A DNA stretch of 64,000 nt from Squalus acanthias (Eukaryota). The DNA is taken from positions 61,878,001 to 61,942,000 of the forward strand of contig CM059438.1 of assembly GCA_030390025.1 (NCBI GenBank), given 5' to 3'. The notes below the pieces were generated by a model. The model made no database searches, had not been told where the DNA came from, and worked only from the letters and a program-made list of their open reading frames with translations. Below are positions 22,920-33,250 of the stretch, in pieces. Position 1 is the stretch's first letter. The number at the start of each line of letters is the position of its first letter. The translations under genes were made by a program, and so were the position numbers.

Positions 22920-23700
22920 GCCCGCCTGCGCCTGCGCCAGGTTCTCCCGCACTCATTGACGTGAGGCACGCAGTGACGTCGACGGGCCGCCCGCCCGCCC
23001 CTGCGCAGGAGCCCCGCCCACCGGGCGGGAGGGGGGGGCCCGCTTCCCGCGAAACTGACGTCACCTTGGCAACCGTTGCCCCGCGTGACGGCGCGAGGTG
23101 GGCCGCGATTGGCTGCGGCGCCGCCGGTGACCCCGTCGCGTCCTCCGGAAGTGGTTGTGCGGAGGCGCGCGGGGGGCCGGTGTCCGTGTACGCGTGTCGG
23201 AGGCTCTGGGGGGGGAAAGGCGGAGCGCAGCGGGAGCCATGTCGGACTTCAAGCTGGGCATCGTGCGGCTCGGCCGGGCGGCCGGCAAGGTGAGAGCGGC
23301 GGGGAGGCTGGTGTCAGGCGGCGTGAGCGAGGCCGGGGTGGGGGGATCCAGGGGATAGAGCGCGATCCGGGCTGGGCCGCGGGGCCGCCCGCTCGAAGCC
23401 GGCTCTCAGCCCAGCGTGGAGCGACGGAGGGCGACCCCCCCCCCCCCCCCCCCCAAAACCCGAGCAGGGCGGCACCGCGGCCTCGGCGCTGGCTGAACCC
23501 CCACCACCCCGGGCACCGGGCCCAGTTCCGACCATGTGGCTCCCGGAGTGAGCTGACAGGACGAGCCGCTCTCGGGCCGAGTGGATCGCAGCCCTGCCTG
23601 GGCCCCTTGCAATCGGTGGCCGGTGTGGGAGGCTCGCCCTCCGCCAGCTGTGGTGATCGAGAGCCCGCGGGCATCCTGCTGGCCAATGAGCGCCCTGCCT
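22920..23700 (+). promoter_or_regulatory. CpG-island promoter of ZMYND19
   Basis: Very GC/CpG-rich. Motifs: NRF1-like TGCGCCTGCGC 22927, GC boxes, E2F-like TTCCCGCGAAA 23044, CRE TGACGTCA 23056-23063, X-box GTCACCTTGGCAAC 23060-23073, inverted CCAAT 23108, ETS CCGGAAGT 23145-23152. Confidence 0.88.
23239..23289 (+). CDS. ZMYND19: ZMYND19 coding exon 1
   Basis: GCCATG start; MSDFKLGIVRLGRAAGK; donor AAG|GTGAGA, phase 0. Confidence 0.96.
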
Positions 23701-24157
23701 GCCCTGGCCATGTGAAGGATCTGCTGCCTGCCATGGCCATGTGAAGGATCTGCTGCCTGCCCTGGCCATGTGAAGGATCTGCTGCCTGCCCTGGCCATGT
23801 GAAGGATGTGCTGCCTGCCCTGGCCATGTGAAGGATCTGCTGCCTGCCCTGGCCATGTGAAGGATGTGCTGCCTGCCCTGGCCATGTGAAGGATCTGCTG
23901 CCTGCCCTGGCCATGTGAAGGATGTGCTGCCTGCCCTGGCCATGTGAAGGATCTGCTGCCTGCCATGGCTATGTGAAGGATGTGCTGCCTGCCCTGGCCA
24001 TGTGAAGGGTGTGCTGCTTGCCATGGCCATGTGAAGGATGTGCTGCCTGCCATGGCCATGTGAAGGATGTGCTGCCTGCCATGGCCATGTGAAGGGTGTA
24101 CTGCCTGCCCTGGCCATGTGAAGGATGTGCTGCCTGCCCTGGCCATGTGAAGGATGT
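23695..24157. repeat. 29-bp minisatellite, about 16 copies
   Basis: Unit GGCCATGTGAAGGAT(C/G)TGCTGCCTGCC(C/A)T in direct tandem with no spacers. Confidence 0.95.
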
Positions 24158-25459
24158 ACCTTAGCCTGGTATTGGGGCTCAGGGCACATGTCCCTCTGCC
24201 TGGTGACTGCTCTCCTGTGTGGTGGGTGAGTGCCCTGCTCCACTGGCATAAAGCTGATTTACTCTGCCAGGCATTTCCCATTAAGTGGTGTGAGGCCTTG
24301 CAGCTGCCGCAGGGCATAACTGCTACTTTCACTCCAAAGATTGAGATAAGCTATCTTTTTAAAAGCAATTGCACGGGAGCAGCATTGGCGCTGGCATTGC
24401 TGCCTTTGCCTCTGCAGGGCATCTTGTCGACACCAGGTACTACCCACTGTAGGTCGCCATCACATTGTTTACATTCCACCATTCATCTGAGAACCTTATT
24501 AGGGGTGAAGTGTCCACAGGAAAGCGCGGTGAGTCAGACAATTAAACTTGCTTCCAAATGACAAGAGGTCTGAGTTATTGGGCCTTATTCACCCAGTCTT
24601 TAAATAGGAGCCTGTGTGCCTTGTACAGTATGGCCTGGGTTAAGCTCTGTACAGTGGTGTCAGTCCAATCCAGATCGATGGGATGAAAGTTTCCCCTCTG
24701 CTTTCCATAATGGCACTGGCCAGTTTCAACCTAGGTGCACTGATTTACAAGTGGTTGGAGATTGTCATTTATAGAGTCAATTAACAATAGCTGGTGTGAG
24801 AAATGGAGATGTGGTGTTGGTGTGGTAGACTCAGTATTGTGTGCTGCTTTGGAGTAAAGGTATGTTCTTGAGGCACAGTGGAGGGAGCTCCGCTCTGTAG
24901 CTGGCTGTGCTGCACCTGACATGGGAATGCTTGACGTTGCTACTGGATGGATGTCTGAAATGGGGGAAGTGTCCCATCCCTCATCTGAATGAGCACAAAA
25001 GAACCCTGAAAGTGAGTTGATGCTTTGGGAGGTGCGGGTGCTGATCTTGCCCATAGGCTTTGATCGCCGAGTTTAACCATGTAGAAAATCACAGATGCCG
25101 GCTTGTGTCCTACTGCACTCTGGAGCATCTCATTAGTTGAGGCCATGAGTGCCCTGTTAACATGAGATCGAGTGGCTGGTGGGACTGGTGCTGCCTGGCA
25201 GGGCTGCAGGTGTGGCTAAGGGTAGGGCAAAGGATTAGGTGCAGCACAGCAGTGTGCAAAACCTGCCACCGATTTCCACACGGTAGTCTGATTTCTAGAC
25301 TGAGGACTGCAAAAAAAAGTTGCTGTGTTTGAGTGACGGTAAATAAGTGGCTCCAGAGACAAGGGATGGAAGCAGGCAGACAGTGGAGAGATACATGAGT
25401 ATGGAAGAGAGGCGGAGGAATCTGGTTGAGATAGGAGTGGAGGTTAATCCGCTAGGGGT

Positions 25460-25720
25460 CATTTAGGACTGAGATGAGGAGAGATTTCTTCACTCAAAGG
25501 GGTTGTGAATCTTTGGAACTCTCTACTTCAGAGAGCTGTGGATGCTCAATCGTTGAGTATATTCAAGACTGAGAGCGATAGATTTTTGGGTACTAAGGAA
25601 ATCAAGGGATACGGGGTAGTGCGGAGTTGAGGTAGAAGATCAGCCATGATCTTATTGAATGGCGGAGCAGGCTCGAAGGGCTGAGTGGCCTACTCCTGCT
25701 CCTACTTCTTATGTTCTTAT
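25460..25720 (+). mobile_element. CR1 3' fragment
   Basis: TTCTTCACTCAAAGG..TGTGAATCTTTGGAACTCTCTAC and the CR1 3' end GGCCTACTCCTGCTCCTACTTCTTATGTTCTTAT. Confidence 0.8.
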
Positions 25721-26423
25721 CACCTGAGGTTTCTCCCATTGGAGAAGCTCCTGAGTCTGTATGCAGTACACAGAGCCACGGTGCGTGCTCTTGCGCTGGC
25801 CCGCACACTACACTGTACCCGAGCGTCACTAGGACCGATCTCTGTGGCAACAATCTTTGTCGGTGGTGCAGCAGGTGGTGCAGGGAAGGCCGTGTGTAAC
25901 GGGTTTCTTTCGTTCATCGACTTTTTAGGAAAGAACTAGTTTGTACAGTGCAGCAAAATCAGATGGGATTTAACTGGACTGCAAAAATGTCCCATAAATG
26001 GCCTTATGAGTGAAATTGAGGCTGCAGTTATACTGCCTCGTTTGTATCTGTGCAAAGTGGTTTCCACCTCGCAGAGGTGTGAAACTGACAGTATAACTCC
26101 AGGTCCTAGTCCGACTGAAATGCACGGGTGGGAGGTGGCGGCACCTGACACGGTGTGGCACAAGGTTCGAGAGACAATTAACTCACGGTATCATTTTTTA
26201 AAAAAATCAGAAAGCAGGTTCTGCTGCCTGTGCTGAGAGAATATTAAACACTGACCAGCCAGGCACCAGGGAGTGCACACGGCTCCAGGCTGCCTCCCGA
26301 TAATCTGGATGGTTTTGCTTAACCGGCGCTCGTTCGAACAGGAGGAGCCTGTAACTAGGACTCATTGGTAGCTTAGAATCCCTGTGCTGGTGAAAATGGA
26401 GCGAGTGGTGGTTGACGAGCTCT

Positions 26424-26757
26424 GAAGGTTTTGATAGGGTAGATAGAGAGAAACTATTTCCTCAGGTGGGCAAGTCCAGAACAAAGAGGGTATCACATTA
26501 AAATTACAGCTTGGCTGTTCAGGAAGCACTTCTTCACACAAAGGTTAGTGGATGTCTGGAACTCTCCCCCAAAAAAGCTGTTGGGGGTGGGGGGATCAAT
26601 TGAACATTTCAAAACTGAGATTGATAGATTTTTGTTGGGCAAGGGTATTCGGGATATGGAACCAAGGTGGGTAAATGGAGTAAAGATACAGATCAGCTAT
26701 GACCTAATTGAATGGCGGAACAGGCTCGAGGGGCTGAATGGTCTACTCCAGTTCCTA
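26424..26757 (+). mobile_element. CR1 3' fragment, degraded
   Basis: VWNSPPKK..FKTEIDRFLLGKGI and a CR1-type 3' UTR. Confidence 0.8.
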
Positions 26758-27164
26758 AGGGTGGCTGCTTTCTTGGGTCCTATTGTTGCCTGCGTTTCAC
26801 CGTGGGTATTTTAAAGAGGCCGGTGTGCTGGGCCTGCGGGTGGTGTGCGATGCAGTGGCTGTTGGTGTGCTGGCTGGTCCTTTGTAAGTCAGCTGGTTGA
26901 GCTCAGCCTTCCCTGGTTGAGATGCGACAGCGCAGAGCCCTGGACATTGCTAGCAACGTCTCACCAAGGATTGGCGGATGGCATTGTGTCAATGTTTCCG
27001 GCAGTGTGCTTCTGGATCGCAGCGTGCCGATATCCCACTCTGTCGGGGCCTGTACCTCAACATCAAATTTAGAACAAACTGGCATTTATTTATTTATTTT
27101 TCCCCCCCAAGAGTATTTTGGAAGGAATTGTAACATGATTTAATTTGGGATCTTTCTGAAAGCA

Positions 27165-27605
27165 GTTACTGAGCTCGACAGGTGAGGGAGCTGGATTAAC
27201 GTCAGTAGAGATACAGTCAGTAACACAGGGTGCTGGGAGAGGGGTTACTGAGTGACAGTGTGAGGGAGCTGGATTAACATCAGTAGAGATACAGTCAGTA
27301 ACACAGGGTGCTGGGAGAGGGGTTACTGAGTGACAGTGTGAGGGAGCTGGATTAACATCAGTAGAGATACAGTCAGTAACACAGGGTGCTGGGAGAGGGG
27401 TTACTGAGTGACAGTGTGAGGGAGCTGGATTAATATCAGTAGAGATACAGTCAGTGACACCGGGCGCTGGGGAGAGGGGTTACTGAGTGACAGTGTGAGG
27501 GAGCTGGATTAACATTAGTAGAGATACAGTCAGTAACACGGGGCGCTGGGGGGAGGTATTGCTGAGTGATACTGTGAAGGAGCTGGGTCACATCAGTCGA
27601 GATAG
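27165..27605. repeat. 78-bp minisatellite, about 5.5 copies
   Basis: GAGGGAGCTGGATTAACATCAGTAGAGATACAGTCAGTAACACAGGGTGCTGGGAGAGGGGTTACTGAGTGACAGTGT recurs at 27184, 27262, 27340, 27418 and 27497. Confidence 0.95.
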
Positions 27606-27963
27606 TCGGTGAATGTTGCCTAGTGTTAGTTGCTCGGCAGTATGATTCAGTTCCCATCGTTCTTTTACCTGTTTACGCTGGGGCGGATTTGGAGATCAGT
27701 GGTGACGTCGGAACTACTTGTAACCTTGGAAGTGTGCAGTCATTCTATGATTGTATTGAAGACAACCATAGAATGACTGCACATTCCGGCAATTGGTAGT
27801 TTGGCCTTGCGAATGCTAGTGGCCATCGTTGTGGAGATGGGGAATTGCTTGCTGCCGTTGCCTGCCTCCACAGGTGGGTTCACTGTCTGGTTACAGCACT
27901 GTTTCTGCTGTCTGCCCTGTGATTTTACAAGGAGTTTTAACAGGAAATCTGTTTCTCTGTTGA

Positions 27964-28077
<114 letters not shown>

Positions 28078-28435
28078 TGACCTCAGTCGCAGATAGCGCG
28101 GGAGGGTAAATTTTCATGGGCTGATGTGGGGGACAGCACCTGCACAGAAACTAGGCTTCCATTCCATCTTCTATTTGGGGATGTGAGAGAGTGAGTCAAA
28201 GGACAGTTGGCAGAAGCTTACCCCACATTGGACTTGAAGTTGCACCTGCTTGCAGAGCGCAGGCTGCCGGCTAGACAGATGTGAAGGTCCCCTCAGCTGA
28301 GCGATTAGCTGCCCATTAGGAAGCCTGTTTGACGGCTGGTTAATGGGTTACTTACTGAATCCCCAGGGTTTGAGTCTGCACCTGGTTCTCGCCTGTCACG
28401 CCGATGTGTTGCACTTGTGTCAGTTTGCTTCAGTT

Positions 28436-28757
28436 CGCCTGGAATTTCCTGAAACAGTGTAACTGGCAAGTTGTACCGAAATTTATGCCGCTCTTCCCGT
28501 TGGCGAGTTACGCCGGAATTTCCCGGCAATCTCATTAGCAAACGTGTAAAACAGGTGGAAATCAGCGTTTTTACGGGCAAATTTACAGCCTGTTCAGAGC
28601 TGGAGTAGATTCAGGAAATTTGCATACGCTGTGTTTTTTTCGTGGGGCGGAGCTATGTTAATGAGCGGCAGCGGGTTTCGGTTGGGGTTTTGCAGAATCG
28701 GTGTAAAAGATCGAGGAAATTCAGGGTATGATGTAAGTTTTCTGGAAATTCCAGGCC
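28436..28757. mobile_element. MITE with Harbinger-like TIRs
   Basis: GCCTGGAATTTCC (28437-28449) and GGAAATTCCAGGC (28744-28756) are exact reverse complements; non-coding interior. Confidence 0.7.
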
Positions 28758-29939
28758 AATGTATTAATGTGATGGATTTAATTTGCTGCTCGTCTGCAAC
28801 TACTGGTACTTCACCCTAGTGTTATGTAGCTCGTACTATCTCTGCAAACACTACCCAAACTTGCACAGAATCTATTCTGGTACTATTGGGTGTTCTCAGA
28901 ATTCAAATGGACATGGTTGCAGAAGTTTCACGGGTTTGGAATTAAGATACCACCGACAACACTTTTTTGAGTGAACTATCTCGCTGAATTCTAAGTTGAA
29001 CAGTGTGTGAGGAATGAATCGGTAATTACGTGGCTAACATTGTCTTCAAGATTGGGGAATTAGCTTGGTAATAACCTGTCTGGACTTGAGCCGGGCTTTG
29101 TTTTGTAGCAGGATTCATTACTGGTTTTATTTTGGGGTTTGTAGTGCACCGTTGGAATTCCAAACCTTTGACTTTAATAAGGCGACTGACCGTTCACATC
29201 AGTTTACTTTGCAATCAGGTGAAACGTTAACTTCTAGTTTTGTCTTTGTACATGGTATCCGAGAGCTGGCCAGAAGCTGGAGTCCAGCATTGTGACTGGG
29301 CTCGATCGTCAGGGTGACTAACATCCCATAACAAACACGACGATCTGCTGCCCGACTACTGCAACTTTGTCTAAATTTGGGAGATGGTGAAAATTGAGGC
29401 TTCTGATTGTACCTGGGCAGCGGCGAATAATTTGTCCTGACTATCGAATGCGATTGTTAATCTAAGATGATCCTCTAAAGAAAAGCGTACTCCCGTTAAT
29501 TCAGCACCACCATCACTTCCCACCTTTCTGGAAGCCCTGAGCTTTTGACAGGATTATATGGCCAGTGTAAATAGTGTCAGAGGAATTTGAGTTCTTTACA
29601 TCCTTGGATGTTTTAATAACTGCAGGGGAAAGTACTGCATCTTCAATCCAGTCAGTAACATTGGGGTTCTAGCTGGGAGGAGTTACTGAGCCCAGCAATG
29701 AAAGGGAGCTGGATTACCATCAGTAGGCATGGTCATTACAGACGGTGTTTCAGATTAGACCTTCCTTTTGTTTCTGTCGCATCTTCTGTCTGGTTGTCAC
29801 ATGATGTCAGGGCATCATGGGTTGCCTGCAACTAATGATAGGCGTGCCATATAAAGGACTGACTGCACTTTGGTCTTTGAGCAGTTTGCAGACTGGGACT
29901 TGCAGGGTTATCCTGTGTTGTGTTGTGCTTTTGCCTTGT

Positions 29940-30625
29940 TTTGCCCAATTCCGCCTCTGCAGCAGCTCACCTGCTGCGGAAACCCTCACCCATGCCTTTG
30001 TTACTTCTAGACTCAACTATTCCAGGGCTCTCCTGGCCGGCCTCCCATCTTCCACCCTCCATAAACTTGAGCTCATTCAAAACTCTGCTGCCTGTATCCT
30101 AACTCGCACCATGAACCGTTCACTCATCAGCCCAGTGCTTGTTGACCTACATTGGCAACCTCTCAGTTTTAAAATTCTCATCCTTGTTTTCAAATCGCTC
30201 CGTGGCCTCGCCCCTCCTCATCTCTGTAACCTTCTACAACCGGTGTTCCCTGTAAGGTGCGCGGCCTCGCACTGCTCCAGGGAACCCGTGCAGCCGGCTT
30301 GCCGGCATTTCAGTGTAAAAACCGCGCGTGTAAAAACAGGGAGCTCCTCCGATTCTGGCCTCTTGTGCGTCCCCAATTTTCATCGCATTGGCGGCCGTGC
30401 CTTCAGCTGCCTAGGCCCTAAGCTCTGGAATTCCCTCCCTAAACCTCTCCGCATCTCTTGCCTCTCTTCCCTCCTTTAAGAAGCTCCTTAAAACGACCTC
30501 TTTGAACAAGTCTTTCCTAATATCTCCTTATGTGGCTCAGTGTCAAATTTGTTTGATAATGCTCCTGTGAAGCGCCTTGGGATATTTTACTACGTTAAAG
30601 GTGCCATATTATTACAAGTTGTTGT
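29940..30625 (+). mobile_element. L2-clade LINE 3' fragment containing a partial hAT MITE (30240-30343)
   Basis: AETLTHAFVTSRLNYSRALLAGLP..LIQNSAACILT..GGRAFSCLGPKLWNSLP; (TGT)n tail. The insert starts CCGGTGTTCCCTGTAAG, like the TIR at 49149. Confidence 0.82.
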
Positions 30626-31096
30626 TTGGGGAAGGGAGTGGTGGTGAGAGGGGTCTGAGCAAGTCCGTGAGAGGGGGATACACTTAAGATTCTATAAAGA
30701 TGTAGGAAACGCTGTAGCCAATCCAAGACACTGAGTTGCTGTTATCTATAAGGTCTTGGAGACCTGGATCATTGACTGGTTGGCACAGGAAAAAACATTT
30801 TTATAGAGAAATGATTGGTCAGGCTACAACTGATTTTTATTTACTGCCACATTCTAGGTGCTTAGATTTGTTGCTAGGTGTTCGTTTATTTGGGCAGATG
30901 TCAATAGTTTTTGTACAAAACTCCAACTTGTGTGGGAAGGTCTGTGTGTCCTTGTAATTGTGTTGATTTATTGAGCACAATTCAATCAAATTGGGCGCAA
31001 CACCAATACCATGGAACCCAACCCAATCCATTGTTGCTGCAGTGGAACAGTTGAAAACATGAGGTGCCCTGAGACCGAGTACTCGAATCCTTCCAT

Positions 31097-31360
31097 CAGA
31101 GTTAGAGCTGGGCCATTTAGCAGTGAAATTGAGAAGCACTTTTTCACACGGGGTCGTGGAATTCTTTCCCTGCCCCCCAAAAGGCTATGGATGCTCGGGG
31201 CCAGTTGAAATGTTCAAGACTGAGATCGATGAGTTTTTGTTAAGGGTACTAGGGGATATGGAGAAAAGGCAGGTAAATGGAGTTGATTTGCAGATCAGTC
31301 ATGATCCAGTTGAATAGTGGAACAGGCTCGAGGAGCTGAAAGGCCTACTCCTGTTCCTGT
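31097..31360 (+). mobile_element. CR1 3' fragment ending about 50 nt before the exon 3 acceptor
   Basis: IRVRAGPFSSEIEKHFFTR, FKTEIDEFL and a CR1 3' UTR. Confidence 0.8.
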
Positions 31361-31362
31361 GA

Positions 31363-31518
<156 letters not shown>

Positions 31519-32604
31519 TGAGTACCGCAGTAACAACATGGCGCTGCTCGAAAATCCCCCACTCTTGGGGCCGTTTGCAAGATCCTCTTTATGGGGAGTG
31601 GTACAGTGGGTTAGGACATTTTCTTTATCTCTAAGGCCTGGGTATGAATCCAGCCCAGGGGTGATTGCTTGCCTCAGAAGGGTCCTGTGGGAAACGAGTT
31701 TGGGGATTTTCAACCCCAGTTTCTGGTGATGCGGGTTTGCACCATCGGCACTACTTTGCGATCTTGCTCCCGGCGCAGGGGTGATTTGTTTAGTTAATTG
31801 GGGGCAGGGGCCGTTCTAAGGTCGGGGATTACAGCTCATTGTTGGGGCAGTTTGCAGAGAATTTGAGACTGTATTCTGACTGTGCCCAAGCTCTGCGACG
31901 TCGATGCACCTCACCGCATAGACACAAAGTCCACCAAATTTCTGGGAGAGCAAATGCAGTTGCTGACTAGTGGTTTGAAAGTAATTCTCCCAATCTGTAT
32001 CCCATACGAAGGTGCGATTGTCAGCAGATCCCGTGAATAAAGCCCCCTTTATATTCAGTGAATAAGAGCTGATGGCATTCATTGTGTGAAGCTACAAACG
32101 TATGATATAGAGCCAAGTGATTAGCATGTGTTGAAGATTGTGCTGTGAATAAGAATGTTGTGTCAGTTTTACAATTTACAGAGAGATTACTATTGAACAG
32201 GTCTGAGAGAGCTAAACATTAATTTTCCTTTTGTACAAATGTGTCTGTTGGTCCCGGTTGGTAAGTATCAGAGAGTGTTCTGATGCAGAAACAGGCCGTT
32301 CAGCACAGCAAGTCTGCCCCCAGTGCTTTTCTCCACATGAACCACCTTTCTAATCCCACTCTCCTACTCGTTCCCCATACCCTTTAATAATCTTTTTCCA
32401 GCGACTGTCTGAGTCCCTTATGAAAGAAATAATGGACTCTGCTTAAACTGAATTCCACATTCTTAACTACCTTCCGTTTAGAGTTTTTTTTCCCTAATCT
32501 TCCCTTTTAATTCTCTCGCCTGTGGGTTTGAGCTCGAAAGTAGGGCTTGAGTGTTTAATCTAGGTTGGCACTCCAGTGCAATTAAATGAAAGACTCCGAT
32601 TTAT

Positions 32605-33250
32605 AGTCAGCCTTGACTCAGTGGTATCAACGTCGCCTTTGAGCCATGGGGTCGAGGTTCAAATCCTACTCCAGCACTTGAGCACATACCCAGGCTGGCA
32701 CTTTTTAGGTGCAGTACTGCACTGTCAGAGGTGCGTTCTTTCGGATGAGACGTTAAACCGAGGCCCCCGTAAAAGATCCTGTGGCATTATTCGAAATAAG
32801 AACAGGGGAGTTCTCCCAGTGTCCTGGCTAACATTTATCCCTCAACCAACATCAATAAAAACAGATTATCTGGTCATTTATCTCATTGCTATTTGTGGGA
32901 CCTTGCTGTGTGCAAATTGGCTGCTGCATTTCCTACATTACAACAGTGACTTTCTCTTTTGTATGGTATTTTATCACATCCTCAGGATGTTCCAAAATGC
33001 TTTGCCACCAGTGAAGTATTTTTTGAAGTGTAGTTATTGTTATGTAGGAAAACATGGCAGCCAATTCATGCAGTGGATGATCCCACACAAACAACAAATG
33101 AATGGAAATTGATTTTTTTTGTGGTGTTGATTGAAGGAAGAATATTGTCCAGGACACCAGAAGAACTCCATGCTCCTCTTCAAATATTGCCATGGGATCT
33201 TTTACATCCACCTTAGGGGGAAGACTGGGCCTCAGCTTAACATCCCCCTT
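32605..33250. mobile_element. Two Deu-domain SINEs, tail to tail (+ 32605-32951; - about 32965-33250)
   Basis: The + copy has B box GGTTCAAATCC and the Deu core. The - copy shows TGCCATGGGATCTTTTACATCCACC. Confidence 0.78.

Noticed and set aside
22795..23744. GC-rich ORFs across the ZMYND19 promoter, and similar ones at 61298-62152
   Set aside because: Low stop-codon frequency in CpG islands explains them; only 23239-23289 matches a known protein.
23695..24157. Possible CRISPR array (29-bp repeats)
   Set aside because: Units are directly adjacent with no unique spacers, there are no cas genes, and the context is a eukaryotic intron. The same applies to the 78-bp array.
23249..24332. Three long minus-strand ORFs (221-311 aa) with repeated peptides
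   Set aside because: They result from the stop-free 29-bp minisatellite and the GC-rich island; no domain or gene structure.
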